Shown here one piece after another: positions 12,742 to 26,512 of a DNA stretch of 45,875 bases. How positions within the stretch are numbered: the first letter of the stretch is position 1; every line of letters starts with the position of its first letter. Location: assembly GCA_002633005.1 (NCBI GenBank), contig NMRA01000710.1, forward strand, positions 8,800 through 54,674, given 5' to 3'. The stretch comes from Phoronis australis (Eukaryota; Animalia; Phoronida). Below the pieces are notes generated by a model, which worked only from the letters and a program-made list of their open reading frames with translations, had not been told where the DNA came from and searched no databases. The translations under genes and the position numbers were made by a program.

Positions 12742-13250
12742 TGGAACGCGCCTAGCGTCACGTTGTGACGAGTCATTTGGACTCATCCGCTTCAGAATTC
12801 ACTTGAAAGTAATTCCAAGTATGTCAAGTAACACCCCATTGCTGTTTGACCAATAAGACGTTGTGGTCTCATCGGCATCTGACCAGCCAGTCACCTGTTC
12901 TCGCACATCACACTGACTAATGACGTACAAGGTAACATAAATTATATACATGCATATCATTTGAAACAATCATAACCTGCCTGCGACTTCTTTGTCATGT
13001 TGGACAGTTTTCGGAAATGACACGACACGAAAGAATTGAGCAAATTTTTGAATGAAATTCCCACACTTCCAAGTCGTGAAAGTTAGCTGCATAGTGTAAA
13101 TAATTGGACAATGATTGGTTGGTTCAACACACTGCATAGTGCAAATAATGGAGGCGATGATTGGCTTGTTCAACCTTTACAATGATTGGTTCTTTTCACG
13201 CTGAGCGTGTCAGAAATGGCTCGTCACAAGGTGACGCTAGGCGCGTTCCA
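12742..13250. mobile_element. MITE with 37-bp TIRs
   Basis: tggaacgcgcctagcgtcacgttgtgacgagtcattt versus aaatggctcgtcacaaggtgacgctaggcgcgttcca, near-perfect. Confidence 0.8.
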
Positions 13251-14121
13251 TGTCTCTCGTTGCTAGAGAGATATCTTACTTTTTCGCGATACTGTCCTTA
13301 TCTCCACTTCTCCAAATCAGCCACCTCACGGAACGCAGTTCCCATAGTTATTTTCCGGTGCTGTGATCGGAGGAGGGAAGTATTTCTATCACTGTTTCGA
13401 TTCCAGAGACTAAGAAGAAAAGTTAGACCTAGAACAAACTAATTAATACATCGAAGCTAAAACGACACGCCGAGGGACAACTGTTTATGCGAATGTTAAA
13501 CATTTTATTGATTCCCGAATGGATTGTTTCTAAATTTCCAACGAACTTTTGATATTGATCGACTCATATTTAACCTGTATACTTCACAAACTGAAAATTC
13601 TCATCAGCTTATGAAATGAAACTTTACTTCTTATTCAACATAGAAAACCTTTTCGCTTAACCGGCGGCAACAACATATCGCTGCTACGCGCATATAAGGG
13701 ATGAATAGATTATCTCACATTCATATGAATGCAACTGCGATATCCGATCTCGAATTCATGCCGTAAGGTATTGCCTCAACACGACATTCGGTCTAGGGAT
13801 ATTCTCAGATGAAATGAATTCTCTACAGGACATGGCAGTAGTATTGCTATGTATTGGGGATAACCCACATGTATCGGATTTACGCAACTTTTGAAAGAAC
13901 TGTTGCGTTAGTGAAAGGAATATTGATGAATCCCCTTAATGCATAGTATTTCTGAAAAATGAATTATCTCAGCTTGAAACAATGTCGATAGATGAGTAAT
14001 AGAAGCGATAAATGAATCAGCTCGATGCTTAATTCTATTGATTAGTTCAGTACGCAGTATTATTGATACACGATTAAGTTTACTTCGAAGTACGATGGAT
14101 AGAGGGATGAGTTCAACGCGT

Positions 14122-14398
14122 AGTACTATTGATACAGGTATTACCTCAGTGTGGTACTATTGAAACATGTATTACCTCAGTGTGGTACTATTGATACATA
14201 TAATACCTCAGTGTGGTACTACTGATACAGATATTACCTCAGTGTGGTACTATTGATACATGTATTACCTCAGTGTGGTACTATTGATACAGGCATTACC
14301 TCAGTGTGGTACTATTGATACAGGCATTACCTTAGTGTGGTACTATTGATACATGTATTACCTCAGTGTGGTACTATTGATACAGGTATTGCCTCACT
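14122..14398. repeat. Minisatellite, 31-bp unit
   Basis: tattacctcagtgtggtactattgatacagg, about 9 copies. Confidence 0.9.
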
Positions 14399-14829
14399 GC
14401 AGAGTAGTATTAATGCATCCAGTCATTCATCCACACCATGTCCCCAGATCACCTGTCAATTCAACTCGTAGTGATTGATACGCAAGCTCATCACTTTCCG
14501 AATCAAATGAAAGTCGGAGCAGAAGCTATTTGTTCCATCTGGAGCGACAGATTATACGCAACGCTTGAACTCGAAAAATCGTGTCCGAGCCTCTCAATCT
14601 ACACACCGGTTAATATTATACGACAGCCGTATGCGAAAAATGCGCATGCCAATCGAATTTGTGGCTCAACTTTAATTGTTCAGATAGCACTAAGCAGAGC
14701 CACATTTTGTATCGCCGTTGATAGCGTACACTGTAGGGTACATCTTCAATTTTCGAAATATCATTTCTTACAAGCACTTTTTATGAGACACTATTTTGTT
14801 TCGCTAACGCAATGGCATACATTTTCTCG

Positions 14830-15614
14830 TTATCTTTTTAAACTGAAGGCTAGTATCAACATTACTGAAGCGTAAAGTATTGAATGACTTGCTTTTGTCG
14901 AGTGGTTACACTCGTGTCGTTTAGCACCGACAAATGAACAAGCGCATCCGTGTCCAACTTCCGCATTAGGTAAATTTCTTGAGTATTTGCTAGAAGTATC
15001 GGGTGGCAATATCAGGTCTCTTTCGAATACAGGCGGATTGAACCAGTTAAACATAGAAACTCTTACTTTCGTATAAATGCCATACTTGTCACGTCTAAAC
15101 TGAACCCACGTATACCTGCTGAATTTTGAGCTCAAGTCTCCAATGAATGATAGGTGTCCGATGGCTTCAACATAGAAAAAGTCTTCTGTGCCATTCGGGA
15201 ATAAAAGAAATTTGCCCTGTCTCCCATAATTCATTTGCAATGTCTCACTTGTCGAATTGACGGCAACAGTGACGTTTCCAAGACCATAGTTCCCGTATTG
15301 ACCAACATATTCTGTGAGAGGGCGCGCAGAAATGACAGTTTTATTGATAGGAAGTTCGCGTACAATTCCTGTGAAGTTCATAGCGAGGTCCTTATATGGA
15401 AGCGGGTAAGTGCATGCCTTGTTAGTGTCCAGCCATGGTTCTTTTCCCAGTAAAACATCGCTGATGAAATAGTGAAGAATGAGGTTAGAAACTATGCCTC
15501 CTTGTCCCATGGGTCCGTTAAAATTGCTATAAATGGCCGCAGATTCGTCTGGTAAGATAGTGATTAGGCTTTCATAGCCGAACATGCTGCCCGCATGAGA
15601 GTAGATTCTGTGGC
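14830..15614 (-). CDS. Beta-lactamase-family hydrolase, terminal exon 5 (HxG motif, DUF3471-like region, hydrophobic tail)
   Basis: Acceptor ttcttacttgcag| phase 1. Encodes GHRIYSHAGSMFGYES...EYVGQYGNYGLGNVTV...ILYASVMLILAFSLKR then stop. The five exons sum to 1818 nt = 605 aa plus stop, all phases compatible. Confidence 0.9.
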
Positions 15615-16799
15615 CTGCAAGTAAGAAAAAGTTACTGCTTGACCCATAAATTTTACACGGTTGAAAAAATACACTGACACCAGTCAAACGCTTTGACAGT
15701 TTCCCCCATCAATGTGACATGACCGGCGGCAGTGATTATGAACAGAACTACACGAATATATCAAATTAAATCCAAGCGAAGAGTACAAAATCCCTGCAAT
15801 TGTTAACATTGGTAGGAACATCATGCATTTATAGCGCGAACACGTTTGTTTGCTAGTCATCCCAAGAATTGTACGATGACACTTGGCTTACCTCAAAATC
15901 CAACTGCTGCCTGATGGTTTGGTGATTGACCTAATTGCGTTGCACACCCAGCAGAATTAATCAGGAACACATTATGGCAACACTAAGGATATCTCAAACC
16001 TTAGCCGCAAAAATTGGAAATTTTTACAATATATCTAGCAAAATACCTTATCTTCATTCTCGGGGATACGAAAGACATACCGTGTAGCGAGAAAAAAAGG
16101 ATTTAGCAAAACCACCTTGGAACCGCACAATCGCGTGGAAATTTATTTACTGCTTATACGAGGTCAAAGGTTACGGCGTTGTCACTCAAATCGACTCTCT
16201 CGCCAGGCACAGAGCAGCCTCGTATCTACCCTCAGTCCTTTAATTCACCGCGTCGGCATAACATTGCCTCAACGACGTGAACATGAGATAGAAAGATGAT
16301 GGGGAAAACGAAAACAGAACCTAGCTTTGATCCTGAAACAGTTGTCAGTCTGCATGCATACGACCATTGAGAACGAATGCTACGAGTGGCCTCACGAACA
16401 CTTCAAGTTGTGAAAAGAGACAAATGCTCACCCAAATTCCTTAATTCGGATTATTTGACATTTTGCTATTACAATCTCATGCTCACGACGGGTCTTAGCC
16501 AGCGATCCGATTTCTGTATCCGTTTCATACTTGGTTTTCAATCTCCCAGCGCGTGAACTGTTGACCCACTTTCAAGTGGACCACAATACAGATCTATGTT
16601 TTTGGCATTGATTTCTTAAAGGCAAGAAGGCGTAGTGGTATCGTGAAAAGAATGTCACTTTGGCGCCGCTGGGTTACTCTACGAAAACGTCTAAATGCTT
16701 GTAAAAATATCATGGTAACTGCAGGGGCTTACATATCGTGATTCGAATCATTACTTTTTCTACTGTGATATAGCAAGATTTGGGCAGTCGGTTCATTAC

Positions 16800-17059
16800 C
16801 TCTGTAAAATCCATTTGTCCAACCCAATGAGTAAGTGTCCACGCTTCGTGTTACAGGAAAGATCGGTTGTTCAGCGGAGCCATCATGTGACCTTGTTGTC
16901 AGGGCTGCTATTGGCTCAAACAGAGCATGGTTGGCGGTATCAGAGAGCATTCGGTAGGTCTCGTTGTATTCGCCATTACGTGTGATGAACTCAAGCCAGC
17001 GGGACATGTCGCGAGCTGAAGACGATATGGAAGTAGCGGGACCAACGGATTTACAGCCG
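16800..17059 (-). CDS. Beta-lactamase-family hydrolase, exon 4
   Basis: Acceptor atttttcag|, donor G|gtaatg, phase 2-1. Encodes GCKSVGPATSISSSARDMSRWL...YSLGWTNGFYR. Confidence 0.88.
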
Positions 17060-18258
17060 CTGAAAAATCATGTAAAACAAGCGAACACTTGTAACTTAAA
17101 GTTATATAGGACCTCAATAAAATTTTCAATTTTATCCAACTTCAGAACATCGTCTCTCAGAAATGGATAATCGGATTCACATGAACCATTCAAATACTAT
17201 GCTCAATACACTGTTCTTAGAACACTGCTTAGAATTGTATTTAAAAGATTCCTCTTGCATGAAGGGCTATCGGCAAATATGACATGTAAAATTTTTTGAA
17301 AAAAAAATTAATTTGCATAAAACGAAAACGACAATTTAGAAAACCGTAACAGCGTTTTTAAATTTTAACGTGAACATTTATATCATACAAAATTGGGTCA
17401 TACTATAAATCCAGTTGTTTTTATGAATGTACCTTTCTTTTTCGCTCAATTTCCTAAAAACAAGCGACAGATTAGGATAATATGTACCTATGCTCAGTTA
17501 AATTTTTTAGTTTTAAAGATATTTGCTAAATGTATATACTTGTCGATAACCTCCTACATAACCTACAGGTGGCAGTTAATTCGCCCTTCCTGACAAAATC
17601 AATTTTGATTTAGACCATTTACCGATATTAAATCGCTCTGAAGCTTGTTCTTAGTCAAAATACGTGTAATTTCCATCACTACTCTTCCGATTAACCTAGG
17701 AACCACTTGTTCCTACATGTGGGATTAAGGAACAAGTTGAGAGCAATTTTATAGCGACACCAAGTGATCCAAGTTATTTCTTCGAGGAAATTAGCTTCAT
17801 GAGAAGGTCATTCAAGTTTGTTCACTTATACGTTACCCACAAAGCGTACTAGAAATAGACGAAAGATGCGAAGGTTTAAAAAGCTGGACACGGTAGGATA
17901 GTGGTAACCAAGGTTCTTTTGAGAACGCCCATTGCCGAGTTCATTCACACTGAGACAATGATAAGGTTTCCAAACGATGCAAGTGACATAAATTTGTTGC
18001 TTACATGAACATTGCATTGTGGATACCTGTTTACTCTAACAAACACACATACACACATATTATTAAAACTGATCTAAATCGAAAATTATCTAGTGTAATT
18101 TTTGTAACCAAAACTTAATTCTGAAAATCGACACGCGCCGTTTACGGAGTTTCACAGGTAGCTTGCTGACCAGACTTAAACATGCAAATAATCACAAAAT
18201 GCATAGTCTGTCCTTAAACGGATTATGGAGGTTCCAATGGTGTTGCAAACTGACTAAC

Positions 18259-18525
18259 CTCAATGCATGCTGGTCCACTGGCCAAAGGGGGTCGCTCGGA
18301 GCGTCCTTTCCATATGGCTTGGCGAAATATCTCCAACTAGGGCGCCCTCTATCGTAGAAAGTTGAAGTTCTCATGCCTAGGGGTCGGAATATCCGCTCTT
18401 TTATATTTTCTTCCCACGACTTGCCTGTGAGTTTCTTGACGACCAAACCCAGGACACTATAGGCTGTATTTGTATAGACTAATTTGGTTCGAAACTTTTC
18501 CTGCGGTTTGAAATATCGCAGCCGC
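18259..18525 (-). CDS. Beta-lactamase-family hydrolase, exon 3 (YxN motif)
   Basis: Acceptor ttttcag|, donor AG|gttagt, phase 2-2. Encodes RLRYFKPQEKFRTKLVYTNTAYSVLGLVVKKLTGKSWEENIKERIFRPLGM. Confidence 0.9.
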
Positions 18526-18764
18526 CTGAAAATGATCTTTGTTAATTAAAGTCAATTTGAGTTTTGAATTTAGATTTGAAATCATCAAAAACCTTTATTC
18601 ATGATCTTCATCACTCGTGAGGATTTGCAAAGAATTTTCTGCTATTCCGTGAAGACTTTGGAATTTGGTGATCGCTCGTGATCAAACGATTGATCCAAGC
18701 TCGCCTGTTAACAAATGGCTTTGAATCTTAGAACTTTGTGATTACCAAAAGATGTGTGACCTAC

Positions 18765-18932
18765 CTGACCATCTCGTCTTGACTGAATTCGTTCGCCACC
18801 CATATCAAATCGTTCCGTGGAAGGCCAGTCCTGTGAGCTACTATGTCCGTTAGAGTCACGTGGTCCGTCATGTACTGCGTCGGCATTCGAAAGTCGTCTA
18901 GAATGTCCTTGATTGGTGTGTGCCACGTGATA
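18765..18932 (-). CDS. Beta-lactamase-family hydrolase, exon 2
   Basis: Acceptor tttttttgttccag|, donor AG|gtaggt, phase 2-2. Encodes ITWHTPIKDILDDFRMP...VTLTDIVAHRTGLP, the family L.DLL.H.TG motif. Confidence 0.9.
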
Positions 18933-19582
18933 CTGGAACAAAAAAAACAATGACCACTTTGCGAGTTTTCGTGACAAGTAATCAAAATTAGCGATTTCTG
19001 GCGCATGGTTCACTAGAGGCACGCTGGCGGAGCTGAACTTCATTGCCATGTGAGTTGGAGTCCTTCTGTATTTTAGTTAGAAAAGTTCGTTTGCACAGTC
19101 GAACAAACATGGGGATTTTATGTTAATATCGGAAATACAACATCACGTACAAGGGCAGATGATAAAATACTGTTAGAAACACTTTTACAGAGTCTAGTTT
19201 TACACACACTTTTAAATACTTATGGTGGTGATCGAACCCTTACTATGACACTGAGAACACTTACATCCTCTTTATCATGACGCAAGCTGATTTTTGTGAC
19301 CTTGTGCACAAGTGTTTGTGATGTGACCTGTTGTTACATTAGTACCTAACAAATTGCTTCTCTTAATATTTCATGGCGTTTTCCCATAACCAAGATTTGT
19401 CAATTCTTAGGCCCAGATTCTAATCTTTTTACTCACGACTGAACTCGAAGGTATTGTAAGTTGTCAATTTCCGTTCTACTTCTGTACAAACTTAAGATAG
19501 CTGAAAATTATTATAATGCTCGAGCATGTTGTGTCCACTCCAAGTTCGTACTCGATGAGCCAAGATTCGAGCTACAAGCTCG

Positions 19583-20530
19583 CAGAAACTCGATATTTAC
19601 AGTAAAAGGTCGGGATTTCGAGTTCAGACTCCAATTTATGGCTCTAATGCTGAGACCATTAATTGGAATCAAGCAATCAACCATGTTAACAATAATATAC
19701 TCAAACACATAATTATAGACAACTATTTTGTGTTCACATTCAAGTGGAACGAAAAACACCAAAAACGTTTTTGAGTTTGATTTCGAGTAAGATTAGACCC
19801 CGTGCCTTGGTTGCAACATAGTTCGTAATGTTTCAATTTAATCAGAAAACACATCTACAAACGGAAAATAAAGTCGATCAATCTGAGTTTGTTAAATAAT
19901 ATCAGGAACAGGTAATGCCTTCTATATAGTAGTTAATAAACGGAAACTGGCTAAATTACATAATTTCTTTTGAAATCAGCTGAAACACAGAATCCAGGCG
20001 TGAGTTTCGTAGAGGCAGAGGATCTCACGAAAACACATAACGAGATATCGTCATACATTGCAAACGAAGCCCGTGATCACACGAGCTTCCGTAGCGATAT
20101 CTTTTTGTCTACGAAACTATATACCCAGCTGTGCTGTTGACAACATTTTCGTGTGTAAACATTTTGTGCGTGACCGAGCTTCTATGATGTACAGCGTTGT
20201 CCTGTGATCATCGTTTGGATCGGGTCGCGTGAGACGAACTGCTATTGTATGCTACGAATTATTTTGTTGCATGAATTGAAAATGACGTCAGTATAGCACG
20301 AGTCTGGAACAAGTATTGTATATACTAACACCTTATGTCAAATTTGAATGCCGTCAACTTAAACGGAACATCGTGTTTAAAATCATGTCTTCAAAATTAG
20401 CTAACTTGGAATAATATGTTTGAAAAAAGTAAAAGTAACTCTCTTTTGTACTTGTTGACCCCAGCATTAAATCTATGAGTTCGAGCCTGAACTCGAAATC
20501 TCGAGCTTTTACTTGCAATCTCGAATTTCT
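19583..20530. repeat. Two ~75-bp inverted copies of a MITE end
   Basis: 19583-19657 (agaaactcgatatttacagtaaaaggtcgggatttcgagttcag...) is an imperfect reverse complement of 20457-20530. Confidence 0.5.
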
Positions 20531-20873
20531 AAATGTTTAAATCCGTTCATGGAAATGAAAATTCTGAACGCTATTTGTAATTTCTCTCCACTCACATGAT
20601 CAGTTTTCTTCAGGTCGTTTTTTAAATTAATTTAAGTAATAACACGGAACTCTTCCTCCTACCTGTGAACAGTATTTTGTAGAGTTGTGTCAAACTCCGT
20701 ACAGGCCGGTTGTAATGACGGTAGTGCACCTTGGCACTCCATTACAGCAACTTGGCGAAACAATGAATGTGTATGTCAGCTAATATTTTAGTATTATTTC
20801 TATTTGCGTAGTGCTACTGCTCGTGGTATGATAATTGTTATTATTGTTATTATTGATTGAAAAAATATTATTA

Positions 20874-21053
20874 TTGATTGAAAAAAGGTTTTTCATAGTC
20901 TCAGTGAAGGTATGTTATAAATAAATCAACTTACTGAAAGACTGAAGATTTAAGAGTTCGAACTTTTCGGAGAATATTTTACAGTCTCCCATTATGTTGA
21001 TTTTGCTTATAACATAACTTCACTGAGACTATGAAAACCCTTTTTTCAATCAA
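20874..21053. mobile_element. 180-bp foldback element / hairpin MITE
   Basis: ttgattgaaaaaaggtttttcatagtctcagtgaaggtatgttataa pairs with ttataacataacttcactgagactatgaaaacccttttttcaatcaa; arms extend to about 70 bp. Confidence 0.75.
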
Positions 21054-22825
21054 CATGTTAATTGTTCATTCTGTACAATACAAAGGAAACGCCAACACGT
21101 TAGTTGTTCATTCTACACAGCCCAAAAGTTGTGATTAAATCTGATGAAGAAGTTTATTCATTCATATAATTGCTCAATTCAAATTAGGCTTACTTAAAAC
21201 ATTTTGTGCCACCCAGTGCCCAGATGGGATACGCTTTTCACGGAACACGAGGGCCGTGAAAGAGTATGCATCCCCAGAGCCTAATCCATTAACGCCAGTT
21301 GACGGACAAAGTATCAGTATGGAGTCCAAGACAAAGAAAATGCTTTTCAGACGACCATATTTTGAATGACGTATCATGGGCGCACGAAGGAAACGAGACA
21401 GTCCATCGCTCACACGTTTTAATTATTAATCAATGACTTTCATTTCTCATAACGAAATTTTTGGCGAAAGTTATTAATTTGTTCACAGTACCCAAGAGCG
21501 GTCCCATTATAATATTCTTAAACAAAACTCAACAAAACCTGTCACGAAACAGATCGTGAACAGTGACGGCAAATTTAATATTTTGTTTGTATTCGCTCCG
21601 CCAGACGCAAAATATTCGTCGATTCTGACCCTGATGTGATGCTAACCCGCGTGACGCAAAGTCTGACCTTCGACCAAAACAATTACCTTATCGTGGCATT
21701 GTGAATAACATTTTTATCAACATGGCATCAAAGCCTTGATTGTTTACGTTTCATAAGTTCACGAACTGAGCAATTTTTGGGAGTTAGATATTTGAACAAA
21801 CAGGGTTAAGTTCTGTAAAAAGTAAAGCAAAATAATAAAAAAACGTCAGGTAGCCAGAAAATAGTACATTGAATTCATTCACAATTCTATTAGAATTTGT
21901 TCATTTAATTGAATACTTGTTGAACTGTATAATGGAGTTGTTGCACAAAGTCTGTCAAGTATTTTTTTCTATTGACACCAGGTTTACGCTTTCACGTCAG
22001 CTGAAATTTTAAGTAATTGTTTGACAAAACTCGACCATTTGATTGATGATTGCGTTCCATACTGTGAATGATACGAGATAACGAACGCATAATTTCCTGA
22101 AGGTTATCTCAAACCTTATTCACAAAAATTGCAATATTCAGCACATGTCTTAACACCTTATCTTCATTTTGGGGAAAATTCAAACCTTCAACCGCCTGCA
22201 AATTTGTTTATTACTTATCCGAGGTTAAAGGTACAGGGCTGTCACTCACATCGAATCATCGGCAAGGCATACAGGTGTATATACACGTCTCACTATTTAC
22301 AGTTCTTTCATTCACCGAATTGCCATAATATTGAGTCAACGACGTGTACATAACATGCAAAGTTGCTGATGAAAACGAAGACAAAACACAGTTTTGATCC
22401 CGAGTTACATGCGGGTCTACTAACGTACATTGTACGACCCTTGATACAGTATGGCGAGTTGCACGGCGTCTGGCACTTCAATTTTACGAACACATCAAGT
22501 TGTGAAAAAAGATAAATCCTTACCACAATTCATTCACATCATCGGAAATCTGATGTGTCGCTATTTCGATCTAGTGCTCACGGTTTTCTTTAACCATAGA
22601 TATTCAATTTATATTTTCCATTTCGTAGTTCGGGTTTCTTGATATCAGTCTCGCCGGCGCGTGGTTCATAATATAATAATATAAGTTGTGTACCACAATG
22701 CACTACTGACCTACCCTACTAGCGTTAGGCTCCTCCTCTGATTTAGTTTCACTCAAGACACTAAAACCAGATATACAGTGTACAAAATAACTGATGATTA
22801 AGTTAATTACATGAACGTACTGAAC

Positions 22826-23011
22826 ATTCAGTTGACACTACCAACCAGTCACTGTTGAAACAATTCAGTTGAAACTACCAACCAGTCACTGTTGAAATAA
22901 TTCAGTTGACACTACCAACAAGTCACTGTTGAAATAATTCAGTTGAAACTACCAACCAGTCACTGTTGAAATAATTCAGTTGACACTACCAACCAGTCAC
23001 TGTTGAAATAA
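22826..23011. repeat. Minisatellite, 37-bp unit
   Basis: attcagttgacactaccaaccagtcactgttgaaata x5. Confidence 0.9.
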
Positions 23012-23637
23012 CTAACAAGGTAATGCCATCTAAAATAACTTTTCACCAAATAATTAAACAAGAACCTTGATATGTTGACAATTGGTGACGTTTTCGGCTT
23101 TTTCTCGACTTTCTTTAATCGACTTAATTTGAACTTAGCAACACGAATTCTCAAAAACGGTTCAGTGGATTCCACTGAAAGTTTCAAATTTTTAAATTAA
23201 TTCATCAATCTCAAACATTCTAATATAATGTTTGTTTCGACGACTAGTTTTGCGTACCGCAAGAAATACGTTCCGTTTTGCAAGTTAATTTGGACTAGAA
23301 ACCACTATGAATGAGTAATTAAACATTCCTAACATCGGTTTTGAAGTAAATTGTGAAGTTTTCTTTTAAAAAGGGTTTAATTGGAATTTGCTGGGAATAT
23401 ACAGTACCTTTCTTAAAAGTACAATTTAGACTTAAAACGGCGGTAACGTAATAATAATAATAATGTCACACAAAATATTTAATTTAGACATTCATTAAAG
23501 GTATTGTCAGTATAGTGGCAGTTCACCTCATCCTGTGACGTCACTGAACGTCACCACAAAGCAACCTTTTTGTATTTTTGTGGCCAATGTTCTTCTTGAT
23601 TACTTCTACGCGGCTGATACTTCCAACAATTGCCAAA

Positions 23638-23639
<2 letters not shown>

Positions 23640-23693
<54 letters not shown>
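23640..23693. repeat. (TTA)n microsatellite
   Basis: About 17-18 perfect triplets. Confidence 0.95.
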
Positions 23694-23694
<1 letters not shown>

Positions 23695-23795
23695 CAGATA
23701 AAGATTGAACATTTTCTCAGTGTTTTGTTATAACACTTCTGATTAACACAGTGAAGTTGTCTTTGTTTGTCACCCAAGGTGATCATCGAAACTAA

Positions 23796-24315
23796 AGGCC
23801 CTTTCATATTGACTTAATTCCGGTCTGAGGGGAGCGTCAACGTAAACAGCGCAGTTAACTGGACCGTTCATACTGGCTTCGGTAGTTAATGAACATCAAA
23901 GTAAGCGGTTGTGTGCCGCTGTCGTCATCGAAGTTATCGCAAGGTAGCCTTGCATGCTAAGATTTTTTTCATTGTTTCAATTTGGAAATATTTACACGGG
24001 CTAAGTGACACTAAACTTAAATCGATTGGTTACTATTAGAGCAAAATATAAGCAGCTATTAGTGACGGCACTACCTTGTAACTGTTGACGTTAACAGTGG
24101 CACCTGGCGATAACTTCGATTGGATCGGAGTTAAACCAAAGGTTTTATACTATATATATAGCATCTTTGGTTAAACGTTCATACTGCACCAAATCCACCT
24201 GTTAACTGCGATGTTAACTGGAGATGTTAACAGCGATCCAGGACCGGTGTTAAGCGTTCATACTGACCGCAACTCCCCAAACCATGGACGCGTCGACGTT
24301 AGTATGAAAGGCCCT
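23796..24315. mobile_element. PIF/Harbinger-like (Tourist-type) MITE
   Basis: TIRs aggccctttcatattgac / gttagtatgaaaggccct flanked by TAA and TTA; internal subrepeats cgttcatactg and gttaac. Confidence 0.65.
24137..24169. mobile_element. 33-bp micro-insertion with 7-bp target-site duplication
   Basis: GTTAAAC|caaagg...tatatatata...tctttg|GTTAAAC. Confidence 0.6.
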
Positions 24316-26174
24316 TTACTTTATTTCCCATAAACCTGAAGAGTACAATTTCCGGTGGACATAACAAAATAATTCTTTTGATACACTGTATATGATTACA
24401 AAATCCGTTTACGCGATATTTTGAAAAATTTGACATGCATTTTACTCGAGTTAACAAGGTAATTATTTTGCGATTAATTTTAAGACTCATACAATTTTAA
24501 TTTAAAAATTCGTTAGCACTCCTCCGAGAAGAATTCCCAAATGGACCCTAGGACGTTTGGAATCTATTGTCACCCTGTCTGAATTTTTCTTTGAAATTAT
24601 GCTCACTTCAATATCAGTGGAGCTCCAATGATACACCATGTCTGTTTGAAATGAGATATCGTTCCATAGTGAGCGCACCCCCTCCCGGGGCGACCCCCAC
24701 GCGGGACGGTGGGGGTAGCGGATGTGTGTCATCAGATGCTGTTCCTTTCCCTCTTTTTGTGTAAAGTGGTGCTTCTGCTGGAGGATGTCTTTCCTATTTT
24801 AACAAATTCTTCTTCTTCTTCTTCTTATTATTATTATTATTATTACACCATTTCGTATTATGACATCATCTCGGAGATGGACACAAAGTGAGTCCACTTT
24901 TGTAGTGTCTAAATTGACTGTAAGCTTGTGTGCATCGTGCCTCTGGTATCAGGATAAAAGTTAATTGAGTAAAATGCTTTAAAAGATGCCAAGCTGGGGA
25001 GGTGCAGTGGTCTAGGTTAGACTGAATCATCAATTGAATTTCGATGGCTGAAGGCAACAGCGCACGTGTAATAGTATCATATCTCCCTTGCCCGTCTTCT
25101 TTTCAAGCGCTGAAAAAATTCCGGCCTGCACCGCCATCCAGCAGGATAAAATCACAGCGTTTTAGTTAACTACCTTTAAATAGTTAAGTAAAACTCTGCG
25201 TTTAAAATTGAATTTTTACCTTGCTCATGTCCACCAAACAGGTCTGGTAGCGGCGGTCTATCTCTGCCGCCTGGTCAATTGTTTATTACGGCGTTATGAA
25301 TCCCGGCTGCTAACCTTCCTGACTCACGATCGGCACCAGCGTTCTCAATAACAACTAATGCAATTCTTTTTCACGATAGAGGTAGAGTTCTTGTCTAATG
25401 AAATGACCGAACAGAAAGCCGTGTAATGACAAGCGTGATATGATTTCGATCTCAAAAAAATGTAAAAATCTGAAGTGTGATGAAATTAGCGTTTTGTCAT
25501 CGGACATTTGTCATATACAACATAAATAAAAGCTATCCGAGATTTGCACGTGTTCCTAAAATGGAAATTTTGACTGAATGTATTAATACCTTGATGCAGC
25601 AGAAAGGAACACTGATTGTGGAAAAGATCAGGAATTGTAATTGCGACCTGTTCAAAGCCGTTTCTGAGAAACGAACTGAGTTGGTAAGAACCGATATATG
25701 GTGGATGGTGGGAAAAGAGAAGCTCATAAGATTTAATGAGAAAAGGACGTTATTAATTAGAACGCCCGTGGGAAGCGTGACGCAGGAAGATTGGCAGGCC
25801 TGTGATTCACACGTTTATGATTGACGTGGTGTTAATGCGTTGCATGGGATCTAAATTATGGTTCTTGAGTAAAGAATCAAAACAACACTGTCATCAAAGC
25901 CAGAAAAGTCTTTGTTGTGGCATAGAAGGCATGAATAAAATTAATGTAAACAAATCATCCTAAAATTCGCAGTACAAATGGCCGCGGGAATATACACAAC
26001 GACGGTTACGGTTAACGCTGTTGTGCATGCTTGCGGCCGTTACGCTCCTTGTCCTGATTTGCACCACAGTCAAGCACACCTCTGTATTTTAATTATCGAG
26101 CCACGGGAAGTTGTAACAGTAGACGTAATCCACAAATTCAGTTGTACTTATCAGACTATCGCAGTTTCACTTAC

Positions 26175-26512
26175 TTTTTGTGTTGTTCCATCAACATTGC
26201 CAATAGAGTGGCCGTGAACGCCTTAGTCAGTGAGCCGATTGCAAACAGTGTATGTGGTCTCACCGGGACATTCTGCTCTCTCTCCGCCATTCCATAACCT
26301 TTCTGCAATACCATAGTACCGTGCTTGACAATGGCTAAGCTCAGACCAGGATTGTCCCGGCAGCGCATCAGTCGCTGAACAAACTGTTCGATGGCTGCAA
26401 TCTCATCATTTTCCAAGTGAAAGTCATGGATGGACCACGACGGTTGAGCCAGGCAGATCACTAAGATAGTTGTAGTAAAGCACTGGACGAAACAGGAGCC
26501 CGCGCCTGCCAT
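26175..26512 (-). CDS. Second copy of beta-lactamase exon 1 (probably allelic duplicate from assembly)
   Basis: Identical protein to 28416-28753; I count three synonymous differences. Lies inside the 2.24-kb duplication joined by a single N at 26624. Confidence 0.55.

Noticed and set aside
24993-25030. tRNA/SINE-like 5' segment (gctggggaggtgcagtggtctagg)
   Set aside because: Only an A-box-like stretch; no B-box or cloverleaf evident.
25477-25824. 115-aa ORF repeated at 27718-28065
   Set aside because: Antisense within hydrolase intron 1, no recognisable motif; repeated only because of the duplication, with several non-synonymous differences between copies.
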